Shown in pieces: positions 9,830-21,540 of a stretch of DNA of 64,000 bases. Numbering within the stretch: position 1 is the first letter of the stretch; each line of letters begins with the position of its first letter. Source of the stretch: Escherichia phage CMSTMSU. The position numbers were made by a program, and so were the translations under genes. The notes under the pieces were generated by a model, which made no database searches, was not told the DNA's origin, and worked only from the letters and a program-made list of their open reading frames with translations. The stretch is from the sequence record MH494197.1, one strand, 5' to 3'.

Positions 9830-12800
9830 ATGTACTCGATTAAAACAGATCTAGATATAACTGGTGGTGCAACGGTTGGTAAAGATCTTCTTGTGAAAGG
9901 CGATGCAGTATTCAATAAAAATCTAACAGTTAATGGAACTGTAACTTTTGCTGACGCTGTATTCACTGCAATTGAAGCAGGAACTGTAGACATTTCATCT
10001 ACACTAGATGTTGCTGGTAAAGCATCATTGAATGGTGGAATTGAAGTTCATGGTAATTCCGTAATTGGTAATTTGCCTGTTGGCTCTGATACTGCAACGA
10101 TTAATTCTAATGCACAATTCCAAAGCCCAGTATCAATGGCAGGTAACCTAACACAAACCGCTGGCACTGCTGTACTAAAAGATACCCAAGTGGCATCAAT
10201 GGATGTTCTTGGAACTTCTTCATTTAAAGGTAATATTACTGCTGAAACTGGCACTACCGCAGCATTTGACAAAATAACTGCAACTGATGCAACATTCACA
10301 AACACTGCAACTACTGATATCACATCAACTGGAACTGCAAACTTTAAAGATGTGAATATTTCCGGTACACTAGGTGGAACATTTAGTCTATCTGATGTTA
10401 ATGCAACAACTCTAACTGTTTCTGGTTTAACCAGTCTACAAGGTGGTGTTACATTAGGTTCCAACATTACTGGTGTGAATAGTAGTGCAAACTTCCGTGA
10501 TATTAAAATTGGTTCCAATGCTGCAAACACTAACTACCGTTTGAGCTTTAACTATTCTGCTCCAAGTCTTCGCCCAACTGTAATTCTACAGAACGAAATC
10601 CAATCAGAATTGATGTCTCCAGCTACCCTAAGTGTATTGAAAACTGCATCTTTTGGTGATTCGTCATTATCCACTTTTGGTATTACTGGTAATGGTCTAA
10701 ACAAACTAGATTACCTAACAGTATCTGGTAACTCTGTTCAAGATCCAGCAACTCCACTATTACAAGTAACTTCAGGTAAAACTAAAGTTCATGATTTCGA
10801 AGTAACAGGAACTGCAACTATTCCTAACATTGAAAGTACTGGTACTGCTAATTTTAATAACATCAACGTATCTGGTACACTCGGCGGTACTTTCAGTCTT
10901 GATGATATTGAAGCAAACACTCTAACTGTTTCTGGATTAACTAGCCTTGTTGGTGGTGTAACTTTAGGTGCTGATATTTCCGGTGCTAATAGTACTGCTA
11001 ATTTTAAAGCAGTAAGTTTAGGACAAAACGCAGCCGATGCTAACGTTAAGTATGGTTTTGCTTATTCTGCCCGGTGCTCGTCCAACTGTAATTCTACAAA
11101 ATGAAATTCAGTCTGAACTAGTATCTCCAGCAGTACTAAATGTACAAAAACTGCTACCTTTGGTGATGCATCTCTTGCAACCTATGGTATCACAGGTAAC
11201 GGTCTAAACAAACTAGATTATCTATCTATTACTGGTAATGGTACACAAAGTCCAGCTACCCCACAACTACAAGTAGCTGGTAAATCAGTACTAAATGATG
11301 TTGAATTCACTGGTACTGTAACTGGTCTAACTGTTGATGTGAGTGGACAAGATCTAACTCCTAAATCAGTAGTTGCTGCTGAAGCAATCAAAGGTCAAAC
11401 CCTTGAATCAGTTGGTCAAACCACCGTAGGAACTAACCTACAAGTTGGTGGAACTGCTAATGTTGTTGGTGCACTAACTGGTACTGCTGCTACCTTCACT
11501 GGTGATGTAAGTGCTGCTAAAGGTACTTTCAGTGGTGATGTTAGCGTTACTGGTCAAACTGTAACTGTACGTGATTTAGTAGTAACTGGTACAACTACTG
11601 GTGTAACTGCCCAAGCTGATGTTGATGGTCTTGATATCGCCCCAAATAAAGTTGATGTTACAACAACACTATCTGTTGCTGGGGACACTACTTTAGCTGG
11701 CCTAACTGCTAGTTCAGTAACCAGTACTGGTGATGTTACTGGTGCGTCTGTATCTGGTAATACAGTAACTGCGGCTGGTGCACTATCTGGTGGTTCTCTT
11801 GCAGTAACTGGTGCTGGTTCTATGGCTTCACTAACTGTTCCAAGTATTACTGGTGACACTACTTTTGCTAATAACGTAACTATTACTGGAACACTAACTC
11901 CGAGTAGTATAGATTTAAGCACTACTGATGTAAGTGCTGCTTCTTTAACAACTACTGGTAACGTAACTGTTGGTGGTTCTCTTGCAGTAACTGGTGCTAT
12001 TGATTTGTCTGCTGCTGATGTAGTAACAAAATCAGTTAGTGCAACTAACCCAAGTACATTTGGTGTAATTAATGCATCTTCTGTTGTCGCAACTGGTGAC
12101 GTTTCAGGTGGCACTCTAACTACTACTGGTGCAGCGAAAGTAGGAACACTAACTAGTACTGGTGTAGTATCTGGTTCGCGTTTGTCTTCTGGTACTGCAA
12201 CAATCTCAACTTCTGTAACAGTTCCAACTTTACAAGCTGAAGCTGCTGGTGCTGGTACACTAAATCTAGCAAGTAATGTTGTCGCGGCAAAGATCTAACT
12301 GTCACTGGTGTATTCAAACCTGAAGGTGGTCTTGACCTAACAACTGTTGATATTACTGCAAACTCACTAACTACTACTGCTGATGTTAATGTTGGTGGAA
12401 ACTTAGTAGTTGATGGTACTTTTGACCTAAGTGCTGCTGATGTGTCTGTGAAATCTCTTGCAAGTGCAGAGACAATTACAAGTGCTGGTGTTATTACCGT
12501 TACCGATTCAACCAATACTAGTTCGTTACCTAAAATTACTTCAACTGATGCAACACTCTTTACAGTAAATGCAGGTACTATTAATGCAACTGGCAACAGT
12601 GTACTACAAAGTGTATCAGCTACTCAAGTAACTGCAACTAGTGCTGAATTGACTGGTGTTGGTCTTGGTCTTCAAGTCGATAATGATGCAAACGTTGGTG
12701 GTGCATTATCTGTTGGTGGAATCGCAACTGTTGGTTCTTTAACAACAACTGCTGCTTCTCTTAATATTGCAAAAATACTGCAATCACTGGTGATTTAGCT

Positions 12801-14759
12801 GTATCTGGCACACTAACTGCTGGTTCAATCGACCTAAGCAATACTGATGTAACCGTTAAATCTCTTGATTCACTAGGTAACGCACACATTGCTGGTGACC
12901 TAACTGTAGATGGTGCATTCGACTTAAGTGCAACTAACCTTGTAGCTGCAAGTCTAGCAAGTACTGGTTCTACTACTGTTGGAACTGATCTAGTACTAAC
13001 AACTGGTGTTGTGACTGGTAGCCCAGCTATCTCTGGTAATACAACAATCGGTGGAACTCTTGGTGTAACTGGTGCTGTTAACCTAACTGATATTGTTAAT
13101 ATCGGTAAGAAAGTAACAGTGAGTACTGGTGGTATTCAGGTAGTTGATGGTGGTATCAATACTAACACAATTAACGTTTCTGGTGCTTCTACTCTAGCAG
13201 GAACTTCCATTACTGGAACTTTAGGTGTAACTGGTGCTTCTACTCTAGCAGGTGTATCTGCGACATCACTAACAGTTTCTGGTGACAGTACTGTTCAGAA
13301 ACTAACTGTCCAAGGTGAATTGATCCCACAAGGTGGTCTTGACCTAAGCGGTGCAGACATTACTGCTAATAGTCTAACTACTGCAACAACTATCAATGCA
13401 ACTGGCCTAAGTACTCTAAGTGGTGGTGTTAGTACTTCTACTGTGACTGCATCTGGTCTAGCAACTGTTGGAAGTTTAACTTCTACTGCAAACGCATCAG
13501 TTGGTGGCAATTTGGGTGTAACTGGAACTCTAGATGTTACTGGTGCTACTACTGTATCTTCACTAACAGCTACTGGTGCAGTGAAAACTGGCACAACCCT
13601 AACTGTTGGTACTCCAGTTGGTGAACAACCTGAAACTGTACAGATCATTCCAGATACTTATATTGCTGGTAAATTGCGTGTAATCGGCGGTATTAACGCT
13701 GAAATCGACGTAAGTGGTCAAACACTAGAACCATATGCAATTGAAGCTGCTGCAACACTATCTGCTGTTGGTAACATTACTTCTGGTGCAACCATCGTTT
13801 CTAAAGCTGCAACAATTGGTGATGTTGGTTCACAAAACAACAACCTAACTGTTAATGGTAACGTAGTAACTAATGGTGACTTCACCGTTACTGGTGTACT
13901 AAATGCACAATTGAACCAAGCAGATTCCGATGTAGCTGTTAAATCTTTAACTGCAACTAATAACGTTGCGGCTGGTACTTCAATCACTGCTGGAACATCC
14001 ATCACTGCATCAGGCTTACTAAAAGGTAATTCGTTAGAAGTCACCACTACTGGTTCATTTGGTGGTGCAGTAACTATGTCAAGTGGTGCAAACATCACTG
14101 GTACTGTTGGTATCACTGCTGGTGACCTAACAGTAGGTGGTAATATCTCTGCAACTGGGACTGCTGGATTCGGTGCAACAACCGTTTCTACCATTACAAC
14201 ATCAGGTTTAGCTACACTTGCAAGTGCATCTGTAACTGGTGCTCTAACTGTAGGTGGTACATTAACTGCAAATGGTAACACTGTGATTGGTGATGCTGCT
14301 GCTGATACTTTAACTGTAAATGCAACATCGACATTTAAAGAGAACGCAACATTTGATAAGAACCTAACAGTGACTGGTTCTATTAACACCACCACTGCAA
14401 ACTTCACCACAAACAACATGGTAACTAAGAAATATTCTGTTATCCCTGCTAGTGTTACTGCTTCTACTGCTGCTGTAGGTGGTACTTGGACACCAGATGG
14501 TACTACTAACGTATATCGCTTAACTCTTGACCAAAGTGTTACAATGGATTCCATCGCGGGTCTAATTGGTAGTGGTCAAGCATGTTCAGTGTATATCTAT
14601 GTAACTCCATCTGTTGCTGATACTACTTTCACCTTCGGTGGTGCATACTCTGTAGTTTCTGGTACAGTAAGTGCTGTAGTTGGTCAAACAAGTATTATCC
14701 AAGTAATCTATGATGGTTTCAGTACTGTGTTTGATACCTTCGTTGCACAACGTGTATAA
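9830..14759 (+). CDS. Giant repeat-rich fibre protein A (~1640 aa), reading frame broken at about 11100, 12300 and 12800
   Basis: Track ORFs 9830..11104, 11339..12298, 12442..12798 and 13011..14759 all carry V/T/G/S/A-rich short repeats (xTVxGxxTLxG). RBS GGAGGGA. N- and C-termini are paralogous to fibre B. Confidence 0.6.
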
Positions 14760-14778
14760 CATTTTAAATTAATAATTA

Positions 14779-14806
14779 AAGCCAACTAAAATAGTTGGCT
14801 TTTTCT
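14779..14806 (+). terminator. Rho-independent terminator
   Basis: AAGCCAACT-AAAAT-AGTTGGCTT followed by TTTTCTTT. Confidence 0.6.
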
Positions 14807-14839
14807 TTGTATTAGATAATAGTGTTTTGTGAATTAAAC

Positions 14840-14860
14840 TAAATATAAGTATATTAACAA
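14840..14860 (+). promoter_or_regulatory. Second copy of the conserved promoter-like motif (TAAATATAAGTATATTAACAA)
   Basis: One mismatch to 9766..9786; 46 nt upstream of the ATG at 14906. Confidence 0.4.
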
Positions 14861-14905
14861 AAGATGGGTTATGAATATATAGTTCATCGTTATAGGAGGG
14901 ACTCT

Positions 14906-17900
14906 ATGTACTCGATTAAAACGGATCTTGATGTATCTGGTAATTCCACGGTAGGTAAGGATCTTTTGGTCAAAGGTAATGCAGTATTCAGTAATGACCT
15001 AACGGTTAATGGGGAAGTGTCTTTTGCTAACGCAGTATTCACTGCAATTACCGCTGGTTCTGTGAATGTCACAGGTGCATTGGATGTTGCTGGTAAGGCA
15101 ACCTTATCCGGTGGTGCTGATGTTTCAGGTGCTGCGACATTTGCAGGAAACATTACTGCTGCTGACGGCACAACTGCAAAATTTGATAACTTAGAAGCTA
15201 ATTCAGGATCATTTAATTCTGTTGAATCAACTGATATTACTTCAACTGGCACAGCAACTTTTAAAGATGTAAACATTTCTGGTACACTTGGTGGTACTTT
15301 TAATCTTTCTGATATTAATGCTACAACACTTAATGTGTCTGGTGCTTCAGCACTAACTGGTTCAGTCACATTGGGTGCAAATATCACTGGTCTTGCAAGT
15401 ACTGCAAACTTCCGTGATATTCGTATCGGGCCTAATGAAGAAGGTCAAGCATATAGACTAAACTTTGGTTACACCGTTCGGACAACGACCAACCGTTCTT
15501 CTACAGAACGAAGTTCAATCCGAACTAATGTCTCCTGCTAAGTTGAATGTTCTACAAACTGCAACATTTGGTGATTCTTCACTTTCAACTTACGGTATTA
15601 CAGGTAATGGTTTAAACAAATTAGATTATGTAACTATTTCTGGTAACGCAATTCAATCACCAACCACTCCTTTACTTGAAGTAACTAAAGGTAAAACTAA
15701 AGTTGTTGATTTAGAAGTGACTGGCGTAGCAACTATTCCTAATATCGAAAGTTCTGGTACTGCAAACTTTAACAACATCAACGTATCTGGTACTATTGGT
15801 GGTAGTTTTGATTTAGATGATATCCAAGCAACAACATTATCAGTATCCGGTGCTTCAGCACTAACTGGTGCAGTTACATTGGGTGCAAACATCACTGGTC
15901 TAGCAAGTACTGCAACATTCAAAGCAATCAATTTGGGTCAAAATACCGCTGATGCTAACGTTAAGCTAGGTTTTGCATATACTGCACCTAGTGCACGTCC
16001 AACAGTCTTGTTAGCAAACGAAGTTCAATCTGAACTAATGTCTCCTGCTAAGTTGAACGTTCTACAAACTGCAACCTTCGGTTCTGCTGCACTATCTACC
16101 TATGGTATTACTGGTAATGGTCTAAACAAATTAGATTATCTAACAATTACTGGTAACGCAACACAAAACCCTGCTACTCCACAACTTCAAGTTGGTGGTA
16201 AAGCAATTCTTAATGATGTTGAATTTACAGGTACTGTAACTGGCCTAACTGTTGATGTGAGTGGACAAGATCTAACTCCTAAATCAGTAGTTGCTGCTGA
16301 AGCAATCAAAGGTCAAACTCTTGAATCAGTTGGTCAAACAACTGTAGGTTCATCTCTACAAGTTGGTGGTACTGCAACTGTTACTGGTGCATTATCTGCT
16401 GCCGCTGGTACTTTCAGTGGTGATGTTAGTGGTTCTAAAGGTATCTTCAGTGATAGCGTATCCGGTACAAGTGCAACCTTTACTGGGGATGTTAGCGGTG
16501 ATAACGCAACCTTTAGTGGCGATTTATCTGCTGTAGCTGGCACTTTCAGTGGTGATGTAACCGTAACTGGTCAAACAATCACTGTTAAAGACTTGGTAGT
16601 AACTGGAACTTCAACTGGTGTAACTGCAATCGCTGACGTTGACGGTCTTGATATTGCTCCAAACAAAGTTGATGTTACAACAACTCTATCTGTTGCTGGT
16701 GAATCAACTCTTGCTGGTGTTACAGCAACTTCAATCAATAGTACTGGTGCAATTGCAGGTACTGCAATTTCTGGCTCTACTATTACAGCAACTGGTGAAA
16801 TTTCTGGTGCATCATCTGTAGTAACTGGTCTTTCTAAATCTGGTAGCGTTGAAACTGGTGCTCTAAAGGCATCTTCTGTTGAAACTGCAATCATTAGCAA
16901 CACTGCTGGTGTGTCAATAACAAACAACACTTCAATTGCAGGTAATCTATCTGTAACTGGAACTGTTACCCCGTGCAATTGACCTAAGTACTACTGATAT
17001 TGATGCTAAGTCTCTAACAACTACTGAAGGTGCTAACATTGGTGGTGACCTAGTTGTTGCAGGTACAGTTGATCTAAGTGCTGCTGACGTTGCTGTTAAA
17101 TCTCTAACCAGTACTGGTGCAGTTATTAGTTCTGAAGGTACAGTAAGTAGTGTTCTACCTAAACTTTCCAGTACTGAAGCTAATATTACCACAGTAACTG
17201 CAACCACTGCAAATGCTACCACACTAAATGTAACTGGTACATCAACTCTAGCTGGTGTTAACGCTTCTGGTGCTATTACTTCTGCAACTAACATTACCGC
17301 TACTGGTGTATTAAAGGTGCATCTGTTGAAACTGCGTCAATCAGCAATGCTGATGGTGTAGCAATTAACAATAACACTACAATCACTGGTAATTTGGACG
17401 TATCTGGGACATTGACCCGTGCAATTGACCTAAGTACTACTGATATTAGTTCTAAGTCTCTAACCACAACTGAAGGTGCTACAATTGGTGGCGATCTTGT
17501 GGTAGCAGGTACTGTTGATCTAAGTGCTGCTGATGTGTCGGTGAAATCTCTTGCAAGTGCAGAGACAATTACAAGTGCTGGTGTTATTACAGTTTCGGAT
17601 ACAGTGAATTCTAGCACTCTACCAAAACTAATTACTACTGATGCAACTATTGGTGCTGTCCATGCAGCTACTATTGAAACAACTGGTTCAAGTACACTAA
17701 AACAAGTATCTGCTACTGAAGTAACAGCTACAAGTATTGTACTAAATTCAGTTGGTGAAGGTTTACGTGTTGACAATAATGCAAACATTAATGGTATATT
17801 AAGTGTTAATAATATTACTTCTACCAATGATACTATTGCAATTGCGAAAAGTGCTGCTATTACTGGTGATCTGACCGTATCTGGAACTGTTACCCCGGTG

Positions 17901-20608
17901 CAATTGACCTAAGTACTACCGATATTAGTTCTAAATCCTAAGTACTACTGAAGGTGCTACAATTGGTGGTGACCTAGTTGTTAATGGTTCAATTGATTTA
18001 AGTTCTTCCAATGTTTCAGCAATTACCCTTGCTAGTTCTGGTAATACTACCGTTGGTGGTAACCTAGTACTAACAACTGGTGTTGTGACTGGCAGCCCAT
18101 CTGTATCTGGTAACCTTTCAGTTGCAGGTACTGCGGCAGTAACTGGTGCAACTACCTAACTGATATCGTAAATATCGGTAAGAAAGTAACTGTAAGCACT
18201 GGTGGTATTCAAGTAGTTGCAGGTGGTATTAATACCGACGCTATATTAGTATCCGGTGATACAACTTTAAACAACACTACTGTAAACACTACCTTAAATG
18301 TAACTGGTCAAAGTACAGTTGCTGCACTAAGTGCTGCATCTTTGAATGTATCTGGTGATAGTACTGTTCAAAACTAACAGTTGAAGGTGAATTGGTTCCA
18401 CAAGGTGGTATCGACCTAACTGGTGCAGATATTTCTGCTAATAGTCTTGCAACTGCTTCAACAATCACTGCAACTGGACTAAGCACACTAAGTGGTGGTG
18501 TAAGTACTACTAATGTTACTGCATCTGGTACAGTGAATGCTGGTAGTTTGGATGTTACTAACAACGCAACCGTTGGTGGTAATTTGGGTGTAACTGGTTC
18601 ATTAACTTCTGGACCATTGAGTGTAACAGGCATTGCGAATATTACTGGTGTAACAACTGTTGGTTCATTGGTTTCCGGTGCTGTATCTGGTAGTACTGGT
18701 ACATTTAGTTCAACATTAGGTGTAACTGGTGCAGCTACATTTGACAATGACGTAACTGTTGAAGGTGTATTCACCCCAGCAGGTGGTTTAGACCTAACAA
18801 CTTCTGATATTACAGCTAAGAGTTTGTCAGTATCTGAAACTATTCACTCTGATGGTGCAGCTTCCTTTGGTGGTAACACAACAGTAGGTGGTACATTGGG
18901 TGTAACTGGTGCAGTAACTGCTCCATCGGCAACCCTAAGCGGTACTGGTACTGCACTAGCAGTAACTAATAATGCAACTATTGGTGGTACATTGGGTGTA
19001 ACTGGTCAAGCAACACTTGGTTCTATAGTAACTTCTGGTGTATCTGCAACAAGTGGCTCTTTCAGTACTACTCTTGGCGTTACTGGTGCTGCGACATTTG
19101 GAAACGATGTAACTGTAGTTGGAACACTAACTCCGGTAGCTTAGATCTAACTGGTGCAGATATCTCTGCTAAAACACTAACTCTATCTGAAACATTAAAT
19201 GCGACAGGTAATACTACCCTTGGTGGAACATTAGGTGTAACTGGTTTAGCAACAATTGGTGGAACACTAACGTCTGGTGCAGTAACTGCTCCATCTGCAA
19301 CCTTGAATGGTTCAGGAACTGGTCTAGCAGTAACTAACAACGCAACCGTTGGTGGTACATTAGGTGTAGTTGGTCAAACAACACTAGGTTCTGTTAAAAC
19401 TGGTGCAACTCTAACAGTTGGTACACCATTAGGTGAGCAGCCTGAAACTGTACAGATTATGCCAGACACTTATATTGCTGGTAAACTACGTGTTGAGGGT
19501 GGTATTAACGCAGATATCGATGTTGGTGGACAAACACTAGAACCGTTTGCAGTAATAGCATCTGATTCTTTATCTTCTGCTGGTAATATTACTGCTGGTG
19601 CGGCAATTATTTCAAGTTCTGCAACAATTGGTGAAGTCGGTTCACAAAACAACAACCTAATCGTTAATGGTAACGTTGTAAACAACGGTAACTTCACTGT
19701 TACTGGTGTACTAAATGCACAATTGAACCAAGCAGATTCCGATGTAGCTGTTAAGTCTTTGACTGCAACTAACAACGTAGCTGCTGGAACCACATTAAGT
19801 GCAGGTACTGCAATTACTGCTGGTACTTCCATCACTGCAACTGGATTACTTAAAGGTAATACTTTATTACTACTACTGGTTCATTTGGTGGTGCAGTAAC
19901 TATGTCAAGTGGTGCAAACATCACTGGTACAGTGGGTATTACTGCTGGTAACCTAACAGTGGGTGGTGATATCTCTGCAACTGGCACTGCTGGATTCGGT
20001 GCAACAACCGTTTCTACAATTACAACATCAGGTTTGGCTACACTTGCAAGTACATCCGTTACTGGTAACGCAACAGTAGGTGGAACACTAGCAGTAACAG
20101 GAGCACTAACTGCGAATGGTAACGTAACATTAGGTGACGCAGCGGCTGACGTTCTAACCGTTAATGCAACTTCATCATTTAAAGAAAATGCTGTGTTTGA
20201 TAAGGCAGTAACAGTAACTGGTGAACTAACCACTACTAATGCTAACTTAACTACTACAACAGTAACTACCAAAAGTATGATGTAATCCCAACTCAAGTTA
20301 CATCATCAGTAATTGCTCCAACCGGAACATGGACTCCAGATGGTACAAGTAACGTGTACTTCATCACTCTAGACCAAGATACCACGTTGGCTCCAATTAC
20401 TGGCCTAATTGGTGGCGGTAAAGCTGCATCAGTATACATCTATGTTAAACAAGATACAACTGGTAACAGAAACTTTACAACTGATGGTACTTATGCTGTT
20501 GTTGATGGTGAACTAAACAAAACTGCTGGTAGCGTGACCATTTACCAAGTAATTTATGATGGTGTAAGTCCAGTTACTGATTTGTTCATTGCACAACGTA
20601 CTGCTTAA
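14906..20608 (+). CDS. Giant repeat-rich fibre protein B (~1900 aa), several frame breaks
   Basis: Starts MYSIKTDLDVSG with RBS TAGGAGGGA. Pieces 15465..16982, 17394..17912, 18392..19144, 19303..19899, 19902..20285 and 20354..20608. Shares long near-identical nucleotide blocks with fibre A. Confidence 0.6.
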
Positions 20609-20625
20609 TAATTATAATAAAAAAC

Positions 20626-20649
20626 GGTGTCATCAATTATGGTGACACC
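20626..20649 (+). terminator. Hairpin after fibre B (terminator-like, weak T-tract)
   Basis: GGTGTCA...TGACACC inverted repeat; A-run before it, poor U-run after on the plus strand. Confidence 0.3.
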
Positions 20650-20672
20650 ATCTTAACAAGTGAGGTAGTTAT

Positions 20673-21449
20673 ATGTTTACATATGTAAAAGGTAGTTCTA
20701 AAGAAAATTATGAATTGGGTAACATCATCTCCAACCCAGTTGGTGTTAAGGGTTTAAAAGAACGCCGGGCAACTCCAGATGATGAACAAACATATCGTTA
20801 TTTGTACAGTGATATTCGTGCACTTTATGGTATTTCAAGTAAAGATGGTTCTGAAATTGAACCTAATAACGCTGTTCGCAAAGAAGAGGGTTTCTGGTGG
20901 TTGGAATATAAGAATGTTGGTAATGTGAACGCAATTAATGAGAATTTGGAATATATTAAACTACAAGATAGTAATCAACCAGTCATCACATTCTTAGAAG
21001 AAGCAGAAGGTGAATATAAAGAGTTAACAGTACTGAAAACTTATAATTATGTTGATATGGACATTGCAGCAGTTAAATCTGATCTGAAAGCACGCACAGT
21101 ATCATCTCGTAGTGATCGTATTAATGCTGGTTATATGTTTAACGGTCATCGTTATAGTACTGATCTAGCTGGTCGTCAAATGCTTCTTAATTATTATACA
21201 CAAGTAACTTCCGGTTCAGATAGCGTTTCGATTTTCCTTGATGACGCAATTGTAAAACTATCTGCTGCTGAAATGACTCAACTATACACTGAAGCATTTG
21301 CTATGGTTGAATCCCTATTTGCAGAGTGTAATAAGCAATGTGCTGACATTGATGCAGTTCCTGATGCTGATGAAGATGCAATTTATAAAGCACAACAGGC
21401 GGCTGTATGGGTATATGAAGGTATTGATATTCCTGAGCGTACTCGTTAA
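20673..21449 (+). CDS. Hypothetical protein (258 aa); possible tail-fibre assembly/chaperone by position
   Basis: Intact ORF immediately after the giant fibres, RBS GAGG. Function inferred only from position. Confidence 0.4.
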   Translation: MFTYVKGSSKENYELGNIISNPVGVKGLKERRATPDDEQTYRYLYSDIRALYGISSKDGSEIEPNNAVRKEEGFWWLEYKNVGNVNAINENLEYIKLQDSNQPVITFLEEAEGEYKELTVLKTYNYVDMDIAAVKSDLKARTVSSRSDRINAGYMFNGHRYSTDLAGRQMLLNYYTQVTSGSDSVSIFLDDAIVKLSAAEMTQLYTEAFAMVESLFAECNKQCADIDAVPDADEDAIYKAQQAAVWVYEGIDIPERTR

Positions 21450-21463
21450 TTTATATTTTTTTA

Positions 21464-21491
21464 AAGGTCAACTATGGTTGGCCTTTTCTTT
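21464..21491 (+). terminator. Rho-independent terminator
   Basis: AAGGTCAAC-TAT-GGTTGGCCTT (one G-U pair) followed by TTCTTTT. Confidence 0.55.
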
Positions 21492-21540
21492 TATCTAAAA
21501 TAAATACTTAATATATAATCTATTCTGAGGAAATATTTAA

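Noticed and set aside
10048-19835. Minus-strand ORFs inside the fibre genes (for example 10048..10530, 11554..12114, 13718..14554, 16571..16978, 17300..17827, 19850..20296)
   Set aside because: These are antisense shadow ORFs created by the low-stop, repeat-rich composition of the fibre coding strand. Their Pro/Val/Ala-rich products mirror the sense repeats.
9830-20608. Possible CRISPR array or diversity-generating retroelement, given the dense short repeats and near-identical blocks
   Set aside because: The repeats are in-frame amino-acid repeats inside two long ORFs, not short identical repeats separated by unique spacers. No reverse transcriptase or cas-like ORF is present nearby. Homologous paralog blocks explain the identity.
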